Assembly (NCBI RefSeq): GCF_036971445.1
Contig: NC_091480.1
Location: forward strand, 85,684,001 to 85,748,000
Origin: Narcine bancroftii
Lineage: Eukaryota
DNA: 64,000 nucleotides
Reading direction: 5' to 3'
Of this stretch, positions 13,770 to 26,835 are shown piece after piece. Made by a program: the position numbers and the translations under genes. Position 1 is the first letter of the stretch. The number at the start of each line of letters is the position of its first letter. The notes beneath the pieces are model-generated. The model did not search any database and was not told where the DNA came from. It saw nothing but the letters and a program-made list of their open reading frames with translations.

Positions 13770-14560
13770 CACTGGACAACATTTTTTTTCCCCAAAAGGT
13801 TTGCTTCCTGAACAGAAATTGGGGAATATGATAGACAGCTTCAAGCTGAACACAAAGGTCCTTTCAGATTTGTTGTATCACGTAGGGAGTTGGAAAAACA
13901 TTAGATTAAGTTTTATTGAATTTAACATGTTTAATCATATAATGTATCTCTGAGCCAAGCTCTCAGGTTGACCGCACATGTTGCACAACAAATGTGAGGA
14001 GCTCAGGGTTGTCTTGGTCACCAATTTTATAACTGAAGTAGAGGTTATAGGCTTTCTTAATAACTACAGTCATGCTGCATCTTTGAGCCTTTAAGCGACA
14101 AATGTAACAGAATGTCTCGGAGCTATTGCGACATTGCCAGACATTTCTACTGTATCGAATCTTCCCGAAGACAATAAATGCTGCTGAGTACACTCACCGT
14201 CCTATTGCCCAAAGAACATGTGCATCAACATGCGTTCAATCTATAATCAATGTAATGCACAGCATCTGTATATGTGAGCTGCTTTTATAGCCTGTCTACA
14301 TCTATCCTGACAAAGTAGGCCCAGGCCTAAGACCACATTTGCATAGCATCTGCACTGAGTGCAGGCCCAGGCCTGCTTGGTCTGACTATAACAGTTTGCT
14401 TTGTGGGCAATATACTGATAGACTTAAAATATGACAGAAAAATCACAAAAATAGGTTATATCTAAAAGAAAAGTATGTGATAGAAAACTTTTAAAGTGAT
14501 TTTTGTGATTAGCGGCCAAAATCCATAAAATACAGGAAGCAAATTCTTTGTTGTCCAGAG
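13770..14560 (-). mobile_element. Chapaev3-type DNA transposon deletion derivative with transposase N-terminus
   Basis: TIR CACTGGACAA...TTGTCCAGAG; TSD TAA; minus strand encodes CRNSSETFCYIC...KKAYNLYFSYKIGDQD..APHICCATC (frameshifted), a Chapaev-type N-terminal zinc-finger pattern. Confidence 0.75.
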
Positions 14561-15169
14561 TAATAGGGTCCCTTTGTTTCTTCACTCTCCAACCAGAAGA
14601 AATAGTTGATTCTATATTCATCCTATCAAAGCCTCTGATTTCAAAGAGTTTACTTTTTCAATCTTCAGAAATAGATTTTATCATTTAAACCCTTTAAAAC
14701 CCTAAAGCATAGTATTTCAAACAGAAATTCTCCATGATTGTAACTGGAACCTTAAATGTATGACCATCATCAAAATTCCTAGCGCCCTCTGGTAAGAAAA
14801 GCTATTTTGAATTAATGCATTAGCAATGGTGAAAACTTCATACTACCTCAGAAGTAGAAACTATCTACCTTACAAAAGAATACCGTTCTCTTGGAAAACA
14901 GGTTTTTTTTTAAAACACCATGTCTGTGTGCATTAACTATAATCTGACATAATTACATGGAAACTCTGTTTACTTAATCAATCCTGCCTTCAACTTATTT
15001 GAGAGACTACAAGTGCTTAAATTATCAAGAGTCATGTTATTGATTTTGTATTTTGAAATTACTTTAAGCAATTATTCCAAAGAGAGGTCCAGAATTTACA
15101 ATGCACTGCATGATGCAAATTCTGTCCTAATCCTATGGTTTTTGAATGAACTATTTTATTTAACAAATA

Positions 15170-15458
15170 CAAGTAGTCCCCCGACTTACAACCAACGCAA
15201 CTTATGGCCATCTGTACATAGGACTTGAATTTGAAAAAAATGAAAGAAAAAATATAAATATAAAAATTACACTTTTGGGGTGAAAAATAACGTCTATGGC
15301 AATGGTGGCCAACCTCTCGCGAGAGCTGACCTTGGTGTCCGCCATGTTTTATTTGGCGAATGATAAAATGGATACAGTGAATTTTCGACTTGCACCCATT
15401 TCGAGATATGACCGGTCACTCAGGACGGAACAAGGTGATAAGTTGAGAACTACCTGTA
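15170..15458. mobile_element. Tigger-like MITE
   Basis: TA|CAAGTAGTCCCCCGACTTAC...ATAAGTTGAGAACTACCTG|TA. Confidence 0.6.
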
Positions 15459-16289
15459 GAGGGCATTCTATGTCCAGGCCTTCAAAGGTCTCTCATTCAT
15501 TGTGCAAAATGTCCTAACTGATACTCAACACAGGGCAAGTATGATAGACTGCACCTCACAGAATCATACAGAACCGAAATCTGAAATCAGCTAACCTCAG
15601 GGCTCAACCCCAAAACACTGGTTATGCAATAAAAAGAACATTGCTTGACCTGCTACTTTTACCGCATTGTGTTTTCACTTCAGTCACAGTGTCTACAGAT
15701 TTTCATGTTTTACTTCTGCCAATCCTATTTGCCTGCATTAGCCGCCCTGCTCTTCTCTGCCTTTCCTATTGAAATACCTGCCCAAATGGCTTTAAAATAT
15801 TGTTACTGTATCTGCAGCTGTGATATTGTGCCTGTGAAGCTGTAGTTAAGAGCCAATCTCTCAGCTAAAACTTCACTTATAGTCCGTTTGCCAGAATTGT
15901 ATTGAGTTATAGACACAGAGTAAAATTCACTGTTCAGTTAAAGTTTTGCCCTTTCTTTCCCAACAGAATAGCATGTCTTACGTGAGAGCATAAATACCAA
16001 GTGACTGTCATGGCTACGTTTGATCACTGCTTATTTGCAACCCACATTTGTACATTTTCTCATAGGATCATAGGGTAGTAATTAATAGTCAGGTCTCACC
16101 AGGCACACCAACCCTAAGATCAACCATCACGATAGCCCTTCCCCTAACCATCAGAGAACTGTACCGGATAGATCCTTCCACCCAGATATCTGCACCCAAC
16201 GGGATGTCCAACTCAAACTAAAACTCTGCTGCTTGCACTTGCCATACATCCCTCCGTCTCCTTCAAATTCATATCCTAAATAGCTCTCT

Positions 16290-16955
16290 TACAACTCCCT
16301 AGTAGAGGGAATGGAGAACACCAAGTTCCTTGGAGTTCACTTAACTAGTAGCCTATCATGGACACTCAACATCTCCTCACTTGCCAGGAAGGCCCAACAG
16401 CGAATGCGCTTCCTGCGAAGACTGAAGCGGGCAAGGCAACTGGCCACCATTATGTCTATAGGAGCTCTATGGAGATCATCCTGGCTGGCTGGATCACAGT
16501 GTGTTAGGGTTACTGCAGAAAAATGGGTTGGAGGTCAATCCACAGGACCATAAGAGGGTCAGAGAGGATCACTTGTGTCTCTCTCTGCACCCCCCCCCAA
16601 TTGATGTGATCTCCCAGGATCGTTGTCTGACGAAGGCATGGAGGACCCCTCCCACCCTCCACACAGCATCTTTCAGCTGCTCCCATCTGGAAAGATGCAT
16701 GAATATCAGAGCTGGCACCACCAGGCTGAGGATCAGTTTCTTAGTGAGAATGCTAAACAACCAAAGGAACCGCTCACACTAACTAACCATCCGAAACTCT
16801 CATATTCATGAACAACATCTATTTATTTGTATAGATGAATACTTGTCCTGCAAATGTATTGTTTGTCTGCATTATGCCTGGTCGTACGTCTGTGTGTTTT
16901 GCTCTGAGGACCGGAGAACGCGGTTTGGTTGGGTGGTCCTTGTACAATCAGACTA
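16290..16955 (+). mobile_element. Rex1/Babar-like LINE 3' fragment
   Basis: KFLGVHLTSSLSWTLNISSLARKAQQRMRFLRRLKR...HPPHSIFQLLPSG. Confidence 0.85.
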
Positions 16956-17911
16956 AATGCTACTTTTTTTTGTATCTGCTTCCACCAACAACACTCCTTT
17001 TCCAGAAATCCATGCAAAAACGTTGCCCTCCCACAGATCCCTTAAACGACCTCCCCCTCGCCTTAATATTCTTGTCTTCCAGTGTGGAAGACAACATTCT
17101 CTCATGGCATTTTATCCAAATTTATCAGGACATCAAGGGCTATACCCGGTTTGGGTGGGCGGGGGGAAAGATCCTGACTGTCCTCTCCATTAACTTCTTT
17201 GGGAGGAGGGGGGGAAGAAAAACATAGAGCACCCTGATGAGGCCCGAGGAACTGAACATGGAATTTCCTTTAAAGTAAGATCCTCATCAAAAGCTTCTTC
17301 TATTGCACATGGCATCTTGAAGGTGGCAAATGGGCATGAAGCAGATGCTTAATTTATGCAACAAACAAAAAATCCATTGTTGCAACCTCCATCCTCTGCT
17401 CGGTAGCGACAATGCAAGCTGAAACCGACTGGGCAATTTCGCCTCTCTGATCCTGACACCCATTTCACAGACATAAGTAGAATCTTAAATTATCTGCCGG
17501 GAAAAGGTGACGTGCACTTTTTGTTTCAACATCATGTTCGAAAACAATGGCAACAATTGATCTCCAATGTATATTTTATCCATACTTGTCCTGCAAATGT
17601 ATTGCTTGTCTGCATTATGCCTGGTGTCCTTTGCACTGAGGGTATTTGGAATATCTAAGCTGATGGAAGATGCTTGTCTATTGAGGACATATTTAGACTG
17701 TGTGTATATTGGTGTTTTGTCCACGGCGATTGGCATTCGATTTGTTGGAAATCTCTCTCCTATCCAGAAGGGGAGAAACTAGAGCAGAGAAGCAGCCTCA
17801 TTGTTAGATCAATTATACTTACGATCGACCTGCTGATGAGGGGGGGGGGGGGGGTGTTGCGAGAGAGACTGTGGTGTCTAAGGGTGCAGCCAGCGATTAA
17901 TAAAACACTTA

Positions 17912-18184
<273 letters not shown>

Positions 18185-18186
18185 TT

Positions 18187-18414
18187 NNNNNNNNNNNNNN
18201 NNNNNNNNNNNNNNNNNNNNNNNNNNNNNNNNNNNNNNNNNNNNNNNNNNNNNNNNNNNNNNNNNNNNNNNNNNNNNNNNNNNNNNNNNNNNNNNNNNNN
18301 NNNNNNNNNNNNNNNNNNNNNNNNNNNNNNNNNNNNNNNNNNNNNNNNNNNNNNNNNNNNNNNNNNNNNNNNNNNNNNNNNNNNNNNNNNNNNNNNNNNN
18401 NNNNNNNNNNNNNN
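18187..18414. other. Assembly gap (228 N) at the DUSP3 5' end
   Basis: Run of N next to long poly-G and poly-C tracts. Confidence 0.99.
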
Positions 18415-21400
18415 AGAGTCCTTTCCGTGCGAAAGGGTTCGGAACCGAAACCGATGACCGTTCTACTCATCCCCAGCAATTCTTTGTTGGCTGGAGATCT
18501 TTATGGTTGCATTTCACGCTGCCTTCCTTGGCTGGTGATTTTGTTTTTCAGGATCCATCCCCAAAACACTGCAGACCCTTCAGAAACTGTGTGTGTGTGT
18601 GTGTGCTCGCCTCCAACCCCCAATACCTTCACTGGTGGAAATCCTCACCTTCCAGAACTAACTGAATGCCCTGCTTCCTAAATCCAAAGACCTTTCCATT
18701 CACCCCTGTTCTCCCTGTCCCTTTGCTGGAAATAACTCCGATTTAAAAATGATTATGCTTGGTTTTAAATCTTCCATCTGCCCTCTCCCCCACCTCCATC
18801 ACCCCACCCTTCTCACCCTCCATACAAGAACCCCCACTACCAAGATTCTGGTTTCCAAATAGGTTACCTATTTATAACAGAGTAGGAAGACATTCTTCTG
18901 TTACAGGATTGTGAGCCTTTGAATTTCTGTATCCTAATAAGTTGTGGAAATCGAGTTACTGGATGTATTCAAGGCTGACTATCAGGACATCAAGGGCTAA
19001 GAGGTTCCATGAGGAAAATAGCCCTGATCAGATCACCCTCTTCAAAGTCAAAGTTCAGATTTATTGTCAGAGATGAGTGGCCATTCCAAAAGGAGGACAT
19101 GGTCAGAGATTACCCATGTCCTCCTCTTACATGACATCACATACAACCATAAGATTCTTTTTCCTACAGGCCAGGCTGAATTTCTACTGAAGGTACTCAA
19201 GAAAAGGTATGTATACAAAAGAGAGAAATGTAAATAAATAAAGAAACTTAAAAAAAAAACTGACTGCAATGCAGAAAAATCATAAATGCTGTAATAAATA
19301 CTGCACAAACTAAGAGTCATTAAATGAGTCTCTGATTGAGTTGTTGAGGATTCTGATGGTGAGGAGGTACCAACTGTTCCTGAACCTGTTGGTGAGAGTC
19401 TTATGGCACCTATAACTTTTTGTTGATGGTAGCAGCGAGAACAGTGCGTGTGCTAGATGGTGTAGATCAGTGGTTCTCAACCACTCATAGACCACTTTAA
19501 GTCATCCCTCTGCTATAGGTGCCAGGGGTGGTGGTGGAGGCTGGATCAAGGAGGACATTTAAAAGACAGGCACATGAATGAAAGAAAAATTTGAGGGTTA
19601 TGAGATAGGGAGGGTTAGGTTTTTTTTAAGTAGGCTTATATGGGTTATCATTATGGTCAGAAGGCATTGTACTGTGCTGTGGTGTTTTATGTTCAATGAC
19701 TGATGGGTTTTACAAAGTAGCAGAAAGCCATTGTTACGCCGTGCCAGTGTTGTCTTTCGTTGCAACCATCCATTCTCCTCCCAGGTTCTCTCTCCATAAT
19801 ATTGCACATTCTGCTGATCCAAATATTAATTTATTTCTTTTTCCTTCAGCTATTTCACAATTATTGCTTTAAATATCCTCACCATTCTCTTTAGAACCTA
19901 TCAAAACCATTCAGTACAAAGGTATGTCTTTTTATACATTCATATGTTATGAATGTCATTGGCAAGGCCATCCCTTAATCTGCCAACTTTAGTGTTCCAG
20001 AAATGAGTGGCTTCCTAAAGCATTTTAGAAGGCAGTTATATCTCTGCCATCACGTATAGGTCTGGTTGAAGTAAGGGTGCAGATTTCCTTTGTAAACGCA
20101 TTAGTTATTTGGTTGACTTTATATGGTAACCTTTTAATTTCTCGTCACCAGGTTTTAGTTTTTTTTTTAAATTAAAAAGACATTACTGGAGAAACTCAGC
20201 AGGTCAAACATTATTTTATGTAGCAAAGATAAAGATGCAGAACCAACATTTCAGGTTTCAGCCCATCATCAAGTATGAGCAAAATGTAAACAGGTGGCCG
20301 AATAAAATGGTGGTGCGGGGGGGAGGGAATGGGTGAGGGGAGAGATTCCCCAGCATTGACTTCTTATTTCAATCACTTTTTGCAGACTTTTGGGTTTCAC
20401 TCCTCTCTTATTTTAGTTTTTTTTTAATTCTAGGATTTAAACTCTGCAGGTAGGATAGTGGGATTTGAACTCGTATTTCCCATTCATTTGTCCAGATGTC
20501 TGGATGATTAAAATCATAGAACAATCTCAAAGAACATTTTCAGCGCAGCCCAACTTTTGCACCATCTTGTCCACGTCTATTAAAAAAATGAGCTATCCAG
20601 ACTAATCCTCCCTTCCAGCTTCACACATCTTCATGCACACATTAAATTACATTTTAAATGTGGGGAATGTTTCTAGCTTTACCTTCCTCTCCAGACAAAT
20701 CAGTCCAACAGCTTAACAGCCTATCGATAATCATGACGAGGTTGTTCCTAAGATTGCACCTTGAATTGTCTCTTTTTTCACTCTCATCATCTTTTCACCA
20801 ATCAAGTCTATGAAAAAGTGATTTTTTTATCAGTCGAGACAGACATTCAAATGGAATCAAAATCAAAACTATTTAAATGGTGTCCTGAATTGAATTTCCA
20901 ATTATTCTATTAGATTAACTATCACAAATCAGGAATAAATCAGGGTTGGGCAGATGTAAAAACAAGTTGATTATTGTACTGGGTGACTATAATTTCCTCA
21001 ATCGGGACTGGAACTTCCTGAGTACAAGAGGCGTAGATGGGGCAGAATTTGTTAGGTGGTTCTTGATCAAACCTGGAGATAGTCAGCCCAGGAAGTGATG
21101 GGTGATAGGCTAGGTGATTGGGATTTCAATAGGAGAGCACTTTGATATAGTGTTCACAATTTGTAAGGTTTCAAGAGAATTACGGATAATAATAGACAAA
21201 AGCTGCTAAATTTTGAGCAGGCGGAATGGCTGGAGGAACTCAGACTGTATCCTGGGAGCTCAGGGAAAAGTGCTAAATTGGGGAAAATGGAATTATTAGG
21301 CATGAGGTGGGGAGGGTAGGTCAGGAGCGGCTGCTATTGGGAGAGTCCACATCTGACACATGGGACCAAAAAAAAAAGCCAAAAATCATCGCTTCCAGTT

Positions 21401-21687
21401 GGAACCCTTCATAGATGATGGAGTTATTCAGTGTTACAGTCGATGTTATTTTCAAGACTGGAATGATAATTCCTCCAGTTAAAATGTGCATGAATTCTCA
21501 TTGTAAATATTTTCAAATAATAAACAGTGCAGCAGATAGCACAACATCATTACAGCACCAGCGACCTTGGTTCAAATCCCACACTCTAAGGAGTTGTACA
21601 TTCTCCCTGTGGGTTTCCTCTGGGTGCCTTCCACCCTTTAAAATGTAGGCGGGTTGGGGAGGCAGAGTTGTAGGTTCATTGGGGCAT

Positions 21688-21927
21688 TGTAGAACGTTGA
21701 AAGAACCAAAGACTTGTTGATCCAAACCAAGGCTTTTATTAGCAAAAGACAGGAGCTCTTCACAGGTGACCGACCAGTCCAGAATGATCCGACCTGGCTA
21801 GGGACACAACCCTTTATGGCCCAGACAGTAGGCGTGGCTAAGGTCTCAGCCAATCGCTGTAAGCACAGTCATTACATACTCTGGATACTGTAACTATATA
21901 CATTGGTGATAGGTCTGTACTATCACA
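21688..21927 (-). mobile_element. Solo LTR, family A, inserted in a SINE
   Basis: TG...CA termini; 240 bp; perfect TSD GGCAT. Confidence 0.88.
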
Positions 21928-22519
21928 GGCATTTCAGTGGATTAGGCTCATGGGGTCAGAAAGTCTAAATATAAAAAAAATAAAAGATATATATACCTGT
22001 AGATATACACATGGGTGATAGAATCTGTGAAAGCAAATGAGAAAGCAGAATAGGAAATCTTCGTATTGACAAAACCTTGGAGAATTTGAAGGAGGCTGTA
22101 TTTCCAACTGACTCCCAGACGAGCTAATATAAAATAAAATTTAAAAGGAATGCGATCTGAGAAATAATTCAAAGTAATTCTCATATATGTTTGATTAAGG
22201 GTGTCTGATTGCTGTTACAAACGCAAACGTCAAGAGAAATAACGAGTGAAAACATTGCAATATCGTTCCAAGGTTTGAGAACGAAGAAGACCACCTCCTT
22301 TTGTTTCAGATTCGATCATTGGGTGTTTTTCTCATCCAAATGGAAATAACATTGACTTTGGAAAGTGGGAAACCTTTAAGCGCCAGAAAGGCATTAATGA
22401 CCCCAGCTGCTAAAATAGAGCAATGCAGATTTTTATTTTCATGTATAATTGTTAAGCGCATATTATTTGTTTTTTTTTAAATCCAGTCCGCAGGTTAATT
22501 TGTTCCATTTTTATTTAAA

Positions 22520-22650
22520 CCGCACCCATCACAAGGGCGAAAGACGCGGGAGTCGAAGTTGCAATTTCGGGTGACGTCATCGCCATGGTCCGATACGCGG
22601 AAGCGGCGCGTTTGAGTAGGCGCTGAAATTCTGCTACATTGTTGCAGACA
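22520..22650 (+). promoter_or_regulatory. RAB18-like CpG-rich promoter/5'UTR with full CRE (TGACGTCA 22572-22579), YY1-like CGCCAT and ETS-like CGGAAG
   Basis: Motifs read directly in a CpG-dense island just upstream of the ATG; typical housekeeping promoter composition. Confidence 0.6.
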
Positions 22651-22718
22651 ATGGAGGAGGAGATTCTCGCCACCCTGAAGCTTCTCGTCATCGGGGAGAG
22701 TGGAGTGGGCAAGTCGAG
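22651..22718 (+). CDS. RAB18: RAB18-family small GTPase (RAB18B-like) exon 1
   Basis: MEEEILATLKLLVIGESGVGKS(S) with P-loop; GTGAG donor; CpG-rich surroundings. Confidence 0.96.
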
Positions 22719-23439
22719 GTGAGAGGTCGTAAATAACGTGTCAGTTTCAGCTTCTGCGACGTTGACCGCCCCCCACCCCCCGGGAGCTACAATCCTTGGA
22801 TTATTCCTGCAGGATCGGGTCTTAGACCCCGTATCCCTGTGATCAAATCCGAGCGGGCGTGGTGCTTGGATCCGTTTTGCACTCGGACTGAGTTGCCCTT
22901 TTGCGAAAGGGTTGACCTCGTATGTCGTGTAGATTCAGAGCAAGCGGAAAGCCCAAGGCCTGGAATTGCCCAACCTCCAAATCGGGCTTCCGATACCCCC
23001 CCCATCCCCCATTCTTGTCCACAGCAACTAATCAGGAGTAACATGTTGGGAGTTAAAGGTGGTTCGAAACCAGGAAGAGGGGGCAATTACAGGGGGCTTA
23101 TACTCCCTTCATTCATCACTGATCCTGTGGCTAAAGGTGGAAACTACCCCAAGGGTGTAAAGACCATGGTGGAGAAACTTAGCAGGTCAAACGGTATAGT
23201 TTTTATAGTTGAGCCCTTCATCGAGGTATTTATTTGGACATCGAGCACGTTAACAGGCCATTTAGGCCCACGAGTCCATGCCGCTCAATTAACCCACACC
23301 CCTGTCCGTTTATGAATGAGCAAGATGCAGGCAGGTGGCCAAACAAGGGTGTATAGATAGCCTTCACTGTCAAGGCACAAGAGCAACAAAGTTGAGTCTT
23401 GATGGTGCCCACACCCATCAAGCAAATAAAATATAAAAA

Positions 23440-24830
23440 CGACAGCTCAATAAAATTTTCAATGTTTGGTGGTATTCAGTTCATGTATGGCTCTGAGGTT
23501 AAAATCTGTTTTTAAGTCTGTTTGTCTGTGATTTGATGGACCTGAAATGTCGACCAGAGGGCAGCGGGTCAAACTGACGACTAACCAGGATGGTAAGTGG
23601 TCTTCAGGATTTTGGCTGCTCTACTGATACAGTGAGAATAAATCCTCCAAAGAGGGCGGTGTGCAGCCGAGGATCTCTGGGCTGTACTGATGACCCTTTG
23701 AAGGTCCCTCTTGTCTGCTGCCAAGCAGCTGGTGAACCATGTCAGAATGCAGCGATAGAAAGATGCCAGCAATTTGATTTCCCTCAGAATCCTCAGGGCA
23801 TGGAGTCATTGCTGTGCCTTTTTAGTTCCTGCGATGGTACTGGTAGTCCAAGAGAGATCTTCAGCAAAGTGCGTACCCAGAAACCTGAAGGCAGAGACTC
23901 TTTGCACACAGTCCCCATTGATGTAAAATGGGTCTGGAACTATAATGTTCCTCCTGAAGTCGATGTTCTTTTGTTTTTGTGGAGGACAAGATTAGATTCT
24001 TTTCTGAACACCACATTCTCTGTCTTTGGACTTTATCCCTGTAGGTTGTCTTGTCTTCTCTTGAAACCAGTCCAACCACACTTGTGCTGTCAGCAAACTT
24101 GACGATGGTGTTGGTAGAATATGTGGAGTCACAATCATGGGTATAAAGGGAATAGAGGATGGGACTCAATACACACCCTTGTGGGGAGCTGGTACTGAGT
24201 AAAAGGGGAGAGGTTAGTGCCAATTTTAACAGTCTGGGAGCGGTTTGTTTGAAAGCCCTTAATCCAGAGACAAATAGATTGGGAATATCCTAATTTAGCA
24301 AGTTTTGTAACCATTCTGTTTAGGATGACAGAGTTAAAGGCAGAGCTGAAGTCTGTATATAAAAAAAGTATCCTCATATAGCTCCCCTGGTGTTCAAGGT
24401 GGGTTAGTTCAGTGTGAAGAGCAATGGCAATGGCATCTGCTGAAGACCTGTAGGCAAATTGATATGGATCAACGGTGGGTGGGAGACTGACTTTTATATG
24501 TTGCAAGACCAGCCTCTCGAAGCACCTCATTGTGACTGCCGTAGGTGCTACCAAACGGTAGTCATCAAGGCCGCTGATGACAGTCTTCTGCAGTGGGATG
24601 ATCGTGGCAGATTTCAGCCAAGGTGGGATGATGGATTTAAACAGGAACAGGTTGAAGATCCTTGTAAAGACCTCGGAGAGCTGGCAACCACATTCCTTCA
24701 GCACCCTTCCTGTATCCACAAAGCAAAATGTTTCAGGTGGGGGAGTCACTTTGGCTTACTTGACCAGAGTTCTGAATCGAATTTCCCCCTCAATCCAAAC
24801 ACCCACTTCGGTGACTAGTTTAGTTTTATC
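23440..24830 (-). mobile_element. Rex1/Babar-like LINE RT fragment, degenerate
   Basis: RVLKECGCQLSEVFTRIFNL...DYRLVAPTAVTMRCFERLV...DFSSAFN...PQGCVLSPILYSLYTHDC...KFADS. Confidence 0.85.
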
Positions 24831-25169
24831 TTCCCCTTCTATCATTGTTGTCAGGCTGTTAACACTCAAAAGGCTTCTATTTTGCCTCAATTAGTTGTTT
24901 TTTCTAAGAATGGGCAAATTTCTACTTGTGATAATGGTTTTTGACCATTTTCATCCTCGAACCACCTTAAATATTCCTTAACTTACTGCAGACCTCCTAT
25001 AACAAACCCAAGGGCAAGTAATGGGGAAGAGGACTGGCACACTCATCCCCCTTCCCAGATTGCCATTTGTAAATGTTTGTCTTAGTTGGATTTTTTTTTT
25101 TTAGCTTTTTCACTATTTTTTATCATCAAATTTAGAATCTGCTTGTTGTTTTGTGCCAGCGTTTATATA

Positions 25170-26835
25170 AATCATAGAAAACTACAGCACAGCCTGTGCT
25201 GAAACTTCATTCCGCTAGTCCAACTGACCTGCACTCATTCCATAACCCTCCAGACCTCCCATCCATGCATCTATCCAATTTATACTTAAAACTTAAGAGT
25301 GACCCCGCATTACCACATTAGATGGCAGCTCATTCCACACTTCCACCCTCTGAGTGAAGAAATTCCCCTTTATGTTCCCCCCAAACCTTTCACGCTAAAG
25401 CCATGTCCTCTCTTATTTATCTCTAGTAATCTAAGTGGAAAGAGCCTACTTGCATTTACTCTGTAGCTCTCATAATTTTGTAAACCTCTATCAAATCTCT
25501 CATCATTCTTCTACACTCCAAGGAATAAAGTCACAAACTATTTAATCTCTCCTTGTAACTCAACTCCTGAAGATCCAGCAACATCTTAGTAAATGTTCTC
25601 TTTCAATCTTAACGATATCCTTTCTGTAGCTAGGCGACCAGAACTGCACACAATACTCCAAATTGGCTTCACGAATGATTTGAACAACCTCACCATAACA
25701 TCCCAACTCATAATCAATATTTTTGATTTATGAAGTCCAAGATGCCAACATCTTTCTTTACAACCTTATCTACTTGTGATCCCACTTTCAGGGAATTGTG
25801 TATCCGTATTCCCGGATCCCTTTGTTCCTCTGCACTTCTCAGTGACCTACCATTTACTATGTTTTCCCAACCTTGGTTCGTCCTTCCAAAATGCAACACC
25901 TCACCCTTGTCTGCATTAAATTCCATCTGCCATTTTCTGTTCCATTTGGTCCGGATCCCTCTGCAAGCTTTGAAATCCTTCTTCACTGTCCACATCACCT
26001 CCAATCTTGGTGTCATCTGTAAACTTGCTGATCCAATTTCCTACATTATCATCCAGATCATTGATATAGACAACAAACAACAATGGTCCCAGCACTGATC
26101 ACTGAAGCACACCACTAATCACAGGCCTCCAGTCTGAGAAGTAATCATCCACTACCACTCTGTCTTCTCTCATTCAACCAATTTTGAATCCATTTTACAA
26201 CTTCTCCATATATACCTAGTGTCTGAACTTTCTGAACTAACCTCCCATGTGGGGACCTTCTCAAAGTCTTTACTAAACTCCATATAGACAACATCCACAG
26301 CCTTTCCTTCATCTACTTTCTTGGTAACCTTATCGAAAAACTCGATTAAGTTTCGTTAGACGTGACTTGTCACAAAGCCATGCTGACTGACCTTAATCAA
26401 CCCTTGGCTGTCCAAATACTCATGTATCCAATATATCAGAGCACCCTCCAATAAATTACCTACTACTGACATCCAGCTCACCGGCCTGTAATTTCCTGGT
26501 TTACTTTTGGAATTTTTTTTAAATAAGGTGAGCTACTCTCCAATCCTCTGGCACCACCCCCACGGCTAAGGGCATTTTAAATATTTCTGCCAGGACCCCT
26601 GCAATTTCTACACTAGTCTCCCTCATGGTTCGAGGGAATATCATGTCAGGCCCGGGGGATTGATCTACCTTTATTTGCTGTAAGGCAGAAAACATCTCCT
26701 CCTCTTTAATCTCTATATGTTCCCTGCCACTACTGCTTGTTTCCCTTCCTTCCTTATACACTATGCCAGCTTCCTGAGTAAATACTGATTGGGAAAAAAA
26801 CTGTTTAAGATCATTAGGCTCCACGCATAAACACC
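25170..26835 (-). mobile_element. CR1-clade LINE 3' portion, degenerate
   Basis: SPGPDMIFPR..PEDWRVA; WQMEFNADKGEVLHFGRTN..QRDPGIRIHNSLKV. Confidence 0.85.

Noticed and set aside
17233-17256. Hammerhead-like CTGATGAGGCCC
   Set aside because: No stem II closure followed by GAAA.
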